Of a stretch of DNA of 64,000 nt, positions 28,748 through 40,156 are shown piece after piece (positions within the stretch are counted from its first letter, which is position 1; each line of letters opens with the position of its first letter). Under the pieces are notes generated by a model that was not told the origin of the DNA, made no database searches, and saw only the letters and a program-made list of their open reading frames with translations. The position numbers were made by a program, and so were the translations under genes. This stretch comes from Nageia nagi (taxonomy: Eukaryota; Plantae; Pinophyta): the NCBI GenBank assembly GCA_050084985.1, contig JBITNC010000001.1, positions 115,072,001 to 115,136,000 of the forward strand, given 5' to 3'.

Positions 28748-29091
28748 CAAACCCTTTGATAAAAAAAAAATCTAAACCAAATATATGCAAAATTAGAGCA
28801 ATGTAACTAGCAATTCTAAACTAATAGGAAGTATTAGTATAAGTAAACAAAATTGCTTCTCAATATATTGCTCTTTAACAAATTTGCCACATATATAAGA
28901 GAGAACTAACATTACACCAAATATGTTAGTAACATTAGTTAAATATGTAAAAAAAAAGACAACAAAAAAGAAGGAGATTGTAAGTAGGAGGTTATACCTT
29001 ATCTTGAATTTTACCTCAACAATGAAATGAAGAGATGAACACCAAGAAGAAGAGTTTCCACACTAAGGATGTGAAGAGGAGCCTTCAAGAT

Positions 29092-29103
29092 GCTCTGATA
29101 CCA
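29092..29103 (-). other. Primer-binding site (tRNA-iMet)
   Basis: Minus strand TGGTATCAGAGC, 2 bp inside the 5' LTR end. Confidence 0.95.
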
Positions 29104-29105
29104 AA

Positions 29106-29607
29106 TGAGAGAATTGAACTATAACATGAACAACTCTAAACTCCCAAGATCACATGAAAGCTCACAATACACATCTAACAAACTCACAAAGCAATCTCAC
29201 AAAGATAACAAAATATGTAAGTGGTTCCTCCAACTAGGAGTAAATCCACTAACTAGATCTTTACTTCAGTCACAAATACAACTCTCTTACAATCCTTCTA
29301 ATCTCAACTCCTAAACACTATCCTCTAGGACAACTTTACTCCACAAATTGGTGTGTAATCACAAAGAGGGAGCCTTCTATTTATAAGCCAAAATCCCTCT
29401 TTGGATCATCCTTTTATCCAATGTATAAAAGCATGACATGCACATACTTTTACCCAATGGGCATGCTTATGACATGGAGTGCAAGACAAGTTACATTATC
29501 ATATTCACTTAAATACTTAAGGTATCAAATGATACCCTTAAGTATTAGTGAACTTATATAGAAGATTATTACAAAATCTTTACAATAATGCATTATGCAT
29601 TTCAATA
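29106..29607 (-). repeat. Copia 5' LTR
   Basis: Pairs with 21038-21539; adjacent PBS. Confidence 0.95.
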
Positions 29608-30671
29608 AATGATGCATCAGATTTAGAGGATGACCTTACTTGCAAGATGACATACCAATACATCAATCCTAAGGAGTTGAGTTTCTTCTAGGCTACAAGG
29701 TGGACCTCAATGGAATTATCAAGTGCGATAACCCCTTAAGATAAGGGCATAAAATATGGGCCTTCTAAGAAAATCTATAACTCCCATCTATGTCTTTTAT
29801 CATTAATTTCTTCTCTATAATTTCCTCATCTCTTAGAGCTTCACCTTTGTTACATTCCATGAAAGCAAAATATTATAATGCAAGCAACTACAAGAAGTAG
29901 TGAATGAAGTTAGCAAAAATTCTAGTTGGGTGAGTAGATAATTTGGAACTTAGGATGAATAAATAGAAGGAAATTGGTTAATTAAATGAATGTAATCATT
30001 ATTAAAAGTTGTATTTAGCTTTATCATCCCATCCATTAGTCTTAACTCAAAATTATAATGTAAGGAAAAAGTGGTGCTTAGGTTGGATGAATTCAGAATT
30101 ATTCTATATATAACTACATGCTCTTATCTCATCCACTTCTGTATATGATATGTTTAAATATCAAATAATGAAATATTATGTATGTAATTCAATAATGATG
30201 AAAAGCATTTGAATTATCATCCCATATGTATAGCAAGCTTCCAAACAAAATTCTACATTTGAAGAAATAATTACAGGCATGCCCATTAATGGTGATGGGT
30301 ATTACTGTAACTACATATCTAGGACTAACCTCTTTAGAAAGAGAAGCTTGATGGTGAAGAATTCTCTTAATTATGTAGGAATGTTGGATCCCTATGCACA
30401 AGAATTCACTCCATTTTTTCACAAGTCCTAAATGTCCATGCCCATTTTCATGCCCATCTATGCATCTCTATCAATTCCTTACCATTCATATTTTTCTCCA
30501 CTATCACCACTCTACAATTTGCATGCTAACATTTTCACAAAATTGAATACAACACCAATTATATATAATATACATATGAACTATATTCCTCTAATATATC
30601 CACCACTTCCACCTCACATTCCTACATTTTATTTAATCAAATGAGTGTTCATATAATATAATTGCCCTCTC

Positions 30672-30782
30672 GTGTTTAGGGTATAGGGTATGGGGTATAG
30701 TATTTAAAGTATAGGGTTTAAGGTTTAGGATTTAGGATTTAAGGTTTAAGGTTTATGGTTTAGTGTTTAGGGTTTAGGATTT
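30672..30782 (+). repeat. Degenerate plant telomere-like (TTTAGGG)n tract
   Basis: GTTTAGGG, TTTAAGG, TTTAGGA and TTTATGG heptamer variants in tandem. Confidence 0.8.
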
Positions 30783-31362
30783 GAGTTATAAGACATTTCC
30801 TTTTGTAGGTTCTGCATGCCCTCCTTCCATTGCAATATGTACAATATGAATGTTCTTCAACTATTTTTATAGATATTAGTTTTTTAAAATGAGATATTAG
30901 TATTATTGATTAATTTGATATTAGTTATTTAAAATGGGATCACATTTTAAACAAATCGAGATCATATTTTAAAAAAAAATGGGATCCCAATTACATAAGG
31001 CTTCTGAACAATTCAGGAACCCAAAGCAAATAAGATCCTGATTTTTATAAAATGAGATACCATTTCTACTGAACTTACCAATGAACCCGCCCATGTCCAC
31101 TTTTAGTGGACCCAACTTTGTGCATATGCCCTAAATTCATATGGAACTATTGCTATGATTTTTTCTCATTTCATGAAACTTGAGGTTGGATAGGTCTAAG
31201 TCCAATGGGACTGATGAGTGAATGTAGGAGCTTTCCCTCTAACATGCAACTTCAAATCCAACTAGATGAGTGACTATTTTTGAAGTTTGTTTATTTTTTA
31301 ATATACAAAATTATCATAGTATTTTTTTTAAGTGGGGAGTTATTTCTTTTTACAAAAAAAAG

Positions 31363-31393
31363 TGTGTGTGTATGTGTGTGTGTGTGTGTGTGT
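31363..31393. repeat. (TG)n microsatellite
   Basis: Direct reading. Confidence 0.9.
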
Positions 31394-32679
31394 AATAAGC
31401 GGGATATTTTTAAACAAAGTTTTTTTTTTTTTTTTAAAGGGTGGGAACTTATTTATTTTGGGAGGATAAAATTTATAAATGGAGTTTATTTTTTATCCTT
31501 TTTTAGAAGAAGAGTTAACTTTTGGAGTTACTTTTTTAAAATATGGGAGTTATTTTATAAAGGGGGAGAACATTTTTAAAGCTTTGTTTTATAAAAATTA
31601 AAAATGATGTCATTTGAGTTATTAATTTTTTTAACTCTACAAATAGGAGAACTAATTTTTTGAAAATCATTTTTTTATGCAATTTCAAAATCAAGGAGTA
31701 ATGTTTTTATCAAAAATTAAGGGGGGAATTTAACATTTAAGAAAGGTATTAATTTTTTAGCAAAGTATGTATTTTTTGAACTAACTTTATCCTTAAAAAA
31801 ATGCAAATAGGATCTTTTATAGTGTATTCTAAGCATAGGAAAATGAGGAATCTTATTGCAAAGATGAAGGCAATCAAGAAGAAGAAAGATCGAATTTGAG
31901 AGAAGGTCAAGAAGAAACAAACAAAATATGCTTTGAAAAAATGATCAATACTTGCAAGACGAAGGAATAGGGCTATGAACCTTGTTGGGTATCATGATAC
32001 AATTCATTCAAATGATTGGATGGATATGGAAATGAGTATTTCTTAAGAAAAATAATGAATGTTACCTTTGTTCTTTGTTAAGAATCTTATGTTAGATCAA
32101 CAAGAGCATGTTCTAAAATTTCTTAGAGATTTATCTTATAACTAACCACTAACCATAAGGAAAACCACTAACCCTTGTGCGGTTGTCCTTCTTCTTAGTG
32201 GTTCAATACAATTGACAACCTCAAACTAAGTCTAAGGTAAAATGTTCACTAATTACAAACACTAACCAACAATTGTAGATTAGGTCTTACTAACCTACAT
32301 TTTTTTTTGTGACAATTAATAACTAAGTGTACTACCATTAAATTTCAAATCTACACTAGCCAAGAAATTTACAAATTACAAAGTTACTAACATAACTTGC
32401 AATTTATAACATACCCACAACTTACAACTTACAACATATCTACAATTTACAACTTGAAATTTGTTATACAAATTTCATTTTTAATTGCAACAATATTGGA
32501 TGATTTGGTTAATAATTGATAATTTAACAATGTTGGTTGGTTTAACAATTCAACTATATTAGTTAGAGTTTGTTATCAATTTGATTAATAATTTGTAATT
32601 TTCTTACAAAGAGTAATGTTGATTTCATGCTCTCTTAACATACTTCTTATGCTTAAAATTGATCTTCTTTTGTGTAGAA

Positions 32680-32770
32680 AATGAGAGATTTCTTTGCACC
32701 AAAGCACATACTTGATGGTTCCAATTATGGTATTTATGAACCAAGGATGAAAGTAGAGCTTCAATACCCA
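32680..32770 (+). pseudogene. Copia gag N-terminal fragment related to the 21-29 kb element
   Basis: HILDGSNYGIYEPRMKVEL; DNA similar to the minus-strand gag start at ~26070-26140. Confidence 0.6.
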
Positions 32771-33399
32771 AGATTCTATTTCTTAGAGTTGTGATGATTA
32801 GTGTAATGAATGTAATTTATCTTATATGGATCCTATATTAAAAATATTAATACATTTTGTAAAAATGAGTTTTGGGCCCCTATAAAAAAACCCCATCAAT
32901 AAATTTAACCTTGCAAAAAAAAGCAATGCAAGATTGAGTGAATCATCAAGTATGCAAGCTTGGATCTTCCTTAGAATTATTGGAATTCTAACATCCTAAT
33001 TTTTGAAGGAATATGATGGTTATAATATGAGGAGAACAAGGAATGTGATAAAGGATTCATAGTGAGAAATGATAAAAAAAAAACATATATATACATATAT
33101 ATTATTGAAATTAGGTGATTCATGCTTGATGGCTTTTGTTGATGTTGCAGATCTATATAATGGAAATTTATTGTTGTTTGAAAGGGATTTAGTGGGTGGA
33201 GTTTGTGGGAATAAGAGGTTGGATTTGGTATGATATAGAAAGGATAATGATATCATCTAGCATAAATATCATATAGTTTAAATAGATTCTGGAAAGGTAA
33301 AATTGTTGAAATTTTGATGATTTCATTAGGTAAGGGAAAATTAAAATCTTTGTAAGATCATGGGTTGAGTAGATTAATACCTATCAAATCAAACATGAT

Positions 33400-33460
33400 A
33401 TTGATTAGAAAGAAAGTTTATTAATGTCCATGAGAGACCAAAAGCGATCTATGGGAAAAT
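33400..33460 (-). mobile_element. 3' fragment of a tRNA-derived SINE
   Basis: TTGATTAGAAAGAAAG...TTAATGTCCATGAGAGACCAA matches 48742-48805. Confidence 0.65.
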
Positions 33461-34339
33461 TAAAAAAACCTTTAATTTAAATTTAAAAAATAACAAAGAT
33501 ATTACAATTTTGCTTGAAAAAGTTAAACATTGATTAAAGTAGGATTTGTATATGATTACCACCATCATAAAACTTATTTTATTGATTTTTTTCATTTTAA
33601 ACATTCAAAATACACAAAATACATATACACTTTTAAGATATATAAGAATACAAAAAAATACAATTTAAACTTATTACAAAAAATATAAATACATTTATAA
33701 AGAATTATAAATAATTAAAAAATATATTAAATTTATTCATTTGATATAAAACTAAACTAATACATTTATCCTTTTTAATTAATTATCATGCTCATTATTA
33801 AATTTCAACATAATTTACACTTTCATGATAAGATACCAACATTTATTGAAATCTAAACCTTATATAAATGTCTAAACACCTTAATAACCTAGATGGCCAA
33901 TGAAACTATCATATACATAAATTTAAATTTTCATATCTCCATCAAATATATTATTTATGAAAGTTACTTAAATACATATATTTATTCTCTTAATAATATA
34001 AACTACCGAATGCTCCATGCACAAGAATATATATAAAATTAAGGTAAATATATTTGTTAGGTATCTATATAGGAAATTATACTTTAGATATCTATTATTC
34101 TTATTTTAAGATCTAATGGCAATTGGCAATGTTGCTTGTGCTTTTTGCTTGTTTTAATATAAAATGGCATGCATGTTTTAAATTCACAAATTTCAAAAAA
34201 TATTACCTTTTTATTATTATTTTTTTAAAGTAATCTATTCAATTTTTTTTAATTAAATTATATATTAAGTTTTTGATGTTGGAAAGTAAATTGGTGTTGA
34301 ATTTTTTTTAATATATTGAAAGTGGAATTTTGAGGATCA

Positions 34340-34462
34340 TGAATTCATTGATGTACCTAATCAATTCCCACCAATTATGACATACATTGTACTTCCCATA
34401 CAATTGTCCCAGAGACCGCTCTTGGTCTCTCATGGACATTAATAAACTTTATTTCTTTCAAT
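34340..34462 (+). mobile_element. tRNA-derived SINE copy (degenerate head)
   Basis: GACCGCTCTTGGTCTCTCATGGACATTAATAA plus T-rich tail; reverse complement of the 48742-48900 copy. Confidence 0.7.
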
Positions 34463-36289
34463 ACCTATAAGCTATATACCAAAACATGTTAATAGTGTTA
34501 ATCGAAAACCTATCATTATTTTGGATTCTCGATCAACTCGTCCGTGAGTGTTACAATTGCTTGGATTTATATTTTTACCCTATCATTGCTTGCACTTTCA
34601 ACTTTTTAGATCATTTTGTGAGTCCAAGAGCTCCAAGCTATAATGCAAATGGCTCCTTTAATGTCCTCTCTTCTTGGTACTCAACCATTTTATCTTTAAC
34701 TCTAAACTTTGTAATTTCATCTCCTCTTAATGTGCCCCATCATCCCCTTATTTTGAGATATCAACATAAGACTTTGTTGTTTTCTTCTTGAGTTTATATA
34801 TTCTCATCCCTTTCTAATCGTGGTCTCTTTTTTACTCATGCTCCTCTTCCTAAACTAGTATGTCTTAAAAGTTTGCATTCATTACTCGAGTATCATCTCC
34901 CTAAACCGATTTATCATAGACATCTGCATCCATGGTATGAGTATCCTTTTTCTCCCTAGAGAGGGTGGTTGAGGTTCTCTTTTATTATTTTTCCATTCTT
35001 TCTCCTAGTTCCTGACATAATTATTCCCTCTTGGGTTCAACTTCTTTGCCACTCTCTACAGCAACACATGCTTGAATATGACTAGGAACAAACCTTAGTG
35101 TGGTGTGTACACCATCTTTCCTTTTCGAACCAACTCCTATACTCCATCCAGATCATACATTAAGGAATTAGGGATTTTTACCTTCTTCCCCCAATGTATA
35201 TCATTAAGGATTACAAATTGGTAGCTACAAACTCATGATAGGTTTGAGTTTGGAGTGAAGTAATTCATCATTATGGTGGCAATTTTCAGCTAAAGTTATT
35301 ATTCAAATAGATCAATTTAGAAGTTTGATGAACCATGAGTAGATATGTATGCACCAGATGTCTCTATTTTTGGGATCATGAATTTTTCATTATTTTGGTG
35401 TGATGGATCCATAAGAACCACAACATGGATGATGTAAAGGCCTAGTTCCAAGGAGTGGACATTGTACCTTCAAATAACTCAAGTGCTAGGAAATTGAATG
35501 ATCAAGTCATTTTAGTTTCCATAATTATTTGGGAAGTTGTTTTGTTGGTTCTAAAAGTTGAGAGATGATCTATGATTGTATATCTACATGTAGAATCCAT
35601 TATTTAAGGGTTGGATACTAAGTTGTTGATACTCTTCATGTTGAAGAATTCATTTGATTCAAGGATATTGAAGGAGTTGTAGAGTTAGGAAGGCTTTTAG
35701 TTGCATATGGCATGCTTATCATATTCTGGTATCTATAAAATCTATTTGAATCCCCATAATGAAGAAAAGGAACTGTTAATATGGATGTACTCCTACACTA
35801 GGGGGAACTAATATAAATATCTTAAATTATTTTATGTGTATGTTTGATTTATATTTTTTATGTATTTTACCAATATTTTTACACATGTATACTTAATTTT
35901 ATAAGTGGATTCAATTAAATGTACATTGCTAATACCCTAAAAATAAACATTTAGGAGTGACCACACCATAGAATTAGTATAATCGGATTCAATAAATTCA
36001 TATAAATGAAAATCTATATGTGATGAACTCTAGAATTGTATAACCGTTCGAGTTTTACAGATTAGGTTGCCACATGGATTATCTTGTAGTCACTTTATTT
36101 TGCCACCTAGGTTCTTACTCTTATTGGAAGAAGATATTAATTTTCACTTGTGGCAATTTTTAGTCAAGGTTGTGATATGGATTCTCTCATAGTCCCTTTC
36201 TTTCCCACTTATGTTCTTCCCCCTATTAGAAGAAGATTTTGACTTCCATTGCTACAAATGCTTCTCTTATTTCATCTTCTCTCATGAGT

Positions 36290-36460
36290 TTGCATGTCAG
36301 TAATATCTTTAAGAAACTTTTATCAATGTCAAATTCAATTCCATAGACCTTGATGCTTCCCCCTCCCAATTAGCCACCATTTGCCTAGAAATTTCGATAT
36401 CAAACCTTTTGAACTTGTTTAAGAAATCCTAATAGCCTACTTTTTAGATCCATTTCCTAA
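36290..36460 (-). pseudogene. Fragment of a retrotransposon-associated accessory ORF
   Basis: GY*DFLNKFKRFDIEISRQMVANWEG / IKVYGIEFDIDKSFLKDITDM; same pattern as 15430-15950. Confidence 0.45.
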
Positions 36461-37060
36461 TCGTATATGCTACATAAAGCTTCAAAAACTTTGGCCTTAA
36501 ATATGTATGATCTAATGATAAACTTATGATTAAGGGCATTGAATCAACTATTCCCTCATTTTTAAATTTGGCCATGTTCATAGCTGTCTAGTTCAATTCT
36601 AGGAGGCTCTAAGCTTTGAGGTGTCTAAGTATGGACTTAGAGACCTCTCATGTCCCATCATCATGCGTTGACTTCAAATCTACCATAAATTTAACATCCT
36701 AAATGAGGTTGATGTTGAAATAATTTTCTCCATGCATGCCTTATGCTCCATCTTGCTCTTAGTCTCGTGACACACTTGTGCCATCATAATCCCTCTTACA
36801 TGGATAGGATTGGGTAAAGTGATTCTTAACAACCTTATTCCCCATAAAAATTTGAGCCATTCCTTATAATCATTCCTAGTGTGATAGTTTGATTTATCAT
36901 GTTGAAATGTATTGATGCAAGGGATTTAATTTAAATTATTTAACCTTTCAAATGCAAAACAAAAATGAAGTTAATATCAAATGCAAATATTAACAATAAA
37001 ATATTTCTAAAATATAAACAAATATGGATAGAGATCAAGTGAGAACATTCCATGGAAGGT

Positions 37061-38216
37061 TGTAATGTTCCTTTCTAGGGTTTATCCATTTAGCATTCAA
37101 TTTCACATTCATTCACAAATTAGGGCATCAATGAACTTGCTCATTAGCTATCCAAATATGCATTCAAAATTGGAATATAATAGCAGTAGCCAAATATAAT
37201 ATAAATCTCTTATAACATGTGAATATGACCAAAACTAGGGCACAAATTAGATATTTTACATAATAAAAATATAGCTCCAAAAGTACTCAATTCGTATACA
37301 TTCCCATGCACAAAGAAGATAGTAGCATAGAAAAAATATATAGGAACATTCATTCACATTCAATATGCAATATGAGAGACAATATCATCAATAATCAACC
37401 AAGAATAAATGCAGGTTTGTAACAAGCTTGTAACAAGTTCTAAGGCAAAGCCCAAGACTCCAAACTACTCAAACTAGACTCCTCAAGGCTACCGTAAGTC
37501 CCAAGAAAGCTTCCAAGCTAGGCACAAGTCTCAAGATGTCTCCCAATGGTTGGTGCAAGCTCCCAAGTAGCAAGGATGATAGACACAAGCTCCCTAAGAG
37601 ATGTAGAAGTACAAATGAGCCGCTTCTAGGCTAGGGAGTAACCCTAAGCCCTAGAAGGTAGAGAAGGGAAGCATCCTTAAGCTCTGAATGATCCAAGATC
37701 AAATGCATAAGATGATATCTTCAAATGAGGTACTCACTTCCCTTTTATAGAAGTCTAATTTTAATTTATGGTTGGTCGACCCAACCTAAAAATATAAATA
37801 ACTCTTAATTGAAAAATGACTCCTCCTAACCTAGACATTTGGCAATTAAGGAATAATATTTTTTTTATTACAAAACATGGTTCACTTTTATTATAAAATA
37901 ACAAAGACTCCTAATCTAAATATAATTCACTTCTAATACCCCTCATAGGGCCTGACTATTAATTATAAGTATCACAAATGACACTAAATACAATATTAAT
38001 AAACTAGATCCTACATACATGATAGTAGAAACTAGCTCTAGGGATGAATTTTCAAATGTCCATATATTTCTCATTTCTTGATAGAACCATGTTGTGTGAC
38101 TTTTCAAAAAGGTTAGCATAAGATTCTCTATCCATTCCAAAAGATAAATTAGCAATCCATGGATTGTGACAAAAGTTATGCCTTCAACAAGGTTTCTCAA
38201 AATTGGGAACATTACA
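37061..38216 (-). repeat. Gypsy 3' LTR
   Basis: Colinear with 46880-48035, roughly 85-90% identical by eye. Confidence 0.93.
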
Positions 38217-40156
38217 TGTCCTCCCTCCTTGAATTGCTTACCCTCAAGCAATTTCAAATTCATCCCAAAGTGATACTTGTCCTCTTGCTTTATCTTCAAG
38301 TGCACCAAATTGTCCAAATGTCCCAAATGGTGCTTGATTCCATGGCTATCCTTTAAGCATACTTGCAAACTATCAAAATACTTCTCAAAATAATCATTGG
38401 TTGATTTCAAAAGAACATGATCAATGAGGAAACTATTCATTAAGTAGAGGTAAAAAAATTTTATTGATGATGCACGTATTTCCAACCTCAAACCTTGTGC
38501 ATTGCTTCCAAGTAGGTCCCAACATCTTGTTGCTCTCAAATTGTGAAGAATTATGATTGATAAAGTGTTGGTATGAGTTATATTATTGATAGATGGGACT
38601 AATTTGGGGATCATAATGTTGAAAAAATACCTTCCAAATGCTTCCCCCCCATTAATACTTGATGCTTGATCTCTTTTATAAATTACACTATACTTTGAAG
38701 GATCGAGTTCAACCAAAACTTTGTATAAATCAATCAATAGTGGACTAATTTTTTTGTCCACAAATTCTATATTTTTATATGCAACAGTCTTCAATCCAAC
38801 TTTTTCAAACTTCTTCCAAACTAAACTCAACTTGATTATGCATAAACCATAGAGAAGTGATGCAAATTTGTTGTCCATAAACTTTAGAGAAAATATTTGA
38901 CAATGCAGACCTTGATTTACAACATCAACAAGATTCATTGGCTAAAGCAACAAGGTGTTTTTGATCATGTTATGAACCCTTCAAATTATCATACTTAGTT
39001 ATTCCAAACTTGAATATATATCAATCATAAACATGTCTCTTGCTATCATGTTGAATACTTCATAGGGAGGAGCTAAGTGGCTAAGTTCCCCCCCCAACAT
39101 GTACTCTTTATCTTCTATAATATTTTCATAAAAATTAGATATGATGCTTAGGATGTACCTTCCTATTTGTAATGATTTTTGATCTTCTCTAGCCTTATAG
39201 ATATTGTTGCCAACTTTATGATTACTGTTGTTCCTTTTATTTGTTGCATGGAATAACCTTGTGGTAAAATTTCATGTGTTTACATCCAAATCTGAGTGGA
39301 GACCAAAAAGATGAAACCATACTCAATAAGTTATTACTAAAACCAATTATGTTACTTCCCCATATAGTGTGGGCATTAGGACTAATTTTTTTCATTAAAG
39401 GTTACCCTTGGATGCCTTCCAAACTCATGTTTATTTCTTTCCTTATTGTTGTATAATGATAGAATTGAGCAAATCCCACAATAATAAAAAAAACATCTAT
39501 GCAAAAGGAATTGATGGAGTGAGATACATCATACACATCACCATGTACAATCTTTTTCTCTAGAACAAACTCAATTATGATCTTCACAAGAAAACAATCT
39601 TTATCATCATGAAAAATATTCTTCCACACTTCTTAAAATGAGTAAATTCAATCCTCATACAATGCTTCCCCAAAATGGGGAATCTATGTGATGTGATAGC
39701 ATGACATAACATATAAAATATAGTGATTACCAAGATATTAAGCATGATATGATGTGCAACCCTTACTATCATATCAACTAGCCCATATGAAGTCAAGATT
39801 TCCTTTCACTTTGTTCCACATGATTTAGTCTCATTTGGGGAACTAGATGAATTGAAATAAAGCCTCAATTCTCTTGACATTTTCACATCTATCATCCCAA
39901 TAACTATGTTTCTATTTATCCTTTCATATATTGTAATAGTAAACTTGAATAGTCCAGTCCAATGTATATCTAGTAACGTGACTATGCTCAATAAGAAAAT
40001 ACCTTTATTTTCATCATGCTTTGATGTAACCAAGGCATGGTTATAAAAATCATACCTCATAAAAACATGACTATGGATGAAACATGATTTTAAATAGTAT
40101 CTAGGTGCTTCTACAAGTATGTTATACCAAAAATGCTCCAAAGCTTCCTTTATAAT

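Larger units (their letters stand above)
21038..29607 (-). mobile_element. Full-length decayed Ty1/copia LTR retrotransposon
   Basis: 502-bp LTR pair; TSD AATGA (21033-21037 / 29608-29612); tRNA-iMet PBS; PPT AAGGGGGAG at ~21540-21548; gag-PR-IN-RT-RH domain order. Confidence 0.97.
19290..30420 (-). pseudogene. Multi-B3-domain (REM/VRN1-like) pseudogene interrupted by the copia insertion
   Basis: Minus-strand B3 motifs: TCGFLWYAMLYYFNGFAYFTYG*ENFIHKQFI*LGDVIML (~20710-20830); HIVLESPSGVLWDVML...VYLKDG*EDFVSHH*IQVQDICIF...FLVQIFKS (~19915-20105); LLNGCKHFVINNQLKLNDTYHFEL (~19330-19405). The extent to the right of the copia is uncertain. Confidence 0.75.

Noticed and set aside
21034-29314. Duplicated 70-aa ORFs MRELNYNMNNS (21034-21246 and 29105-29314)
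   Set aside because: Chance antisense frames in the two copies of the copia LTR.
31195-31275. Possible hammerhead ribozyme (CTGATGA after a short hairpin)
   Set aside because: No GAAA after a stem II and no correctly placed NUH or stem III.
28569-31579. ORFs with IYIYIY (28569-28790) and CVCVCV (31280-31579) runs
   Set aside because: Translations of (AT)n and (TG)n microsatellites.
35430-35930. Possible additional solo LTR (GGATGTACTCC...GGGGGAAC motif as at 16815)
   Set aside because: Termini and TSD could not be defined.
37943-38938. 331-aa ORF, the longest in the track
   Set aside because: It runs through the PPT into the 3' LTR and shows no recognisable domain; treated as retroelement sequence, not a host gene.
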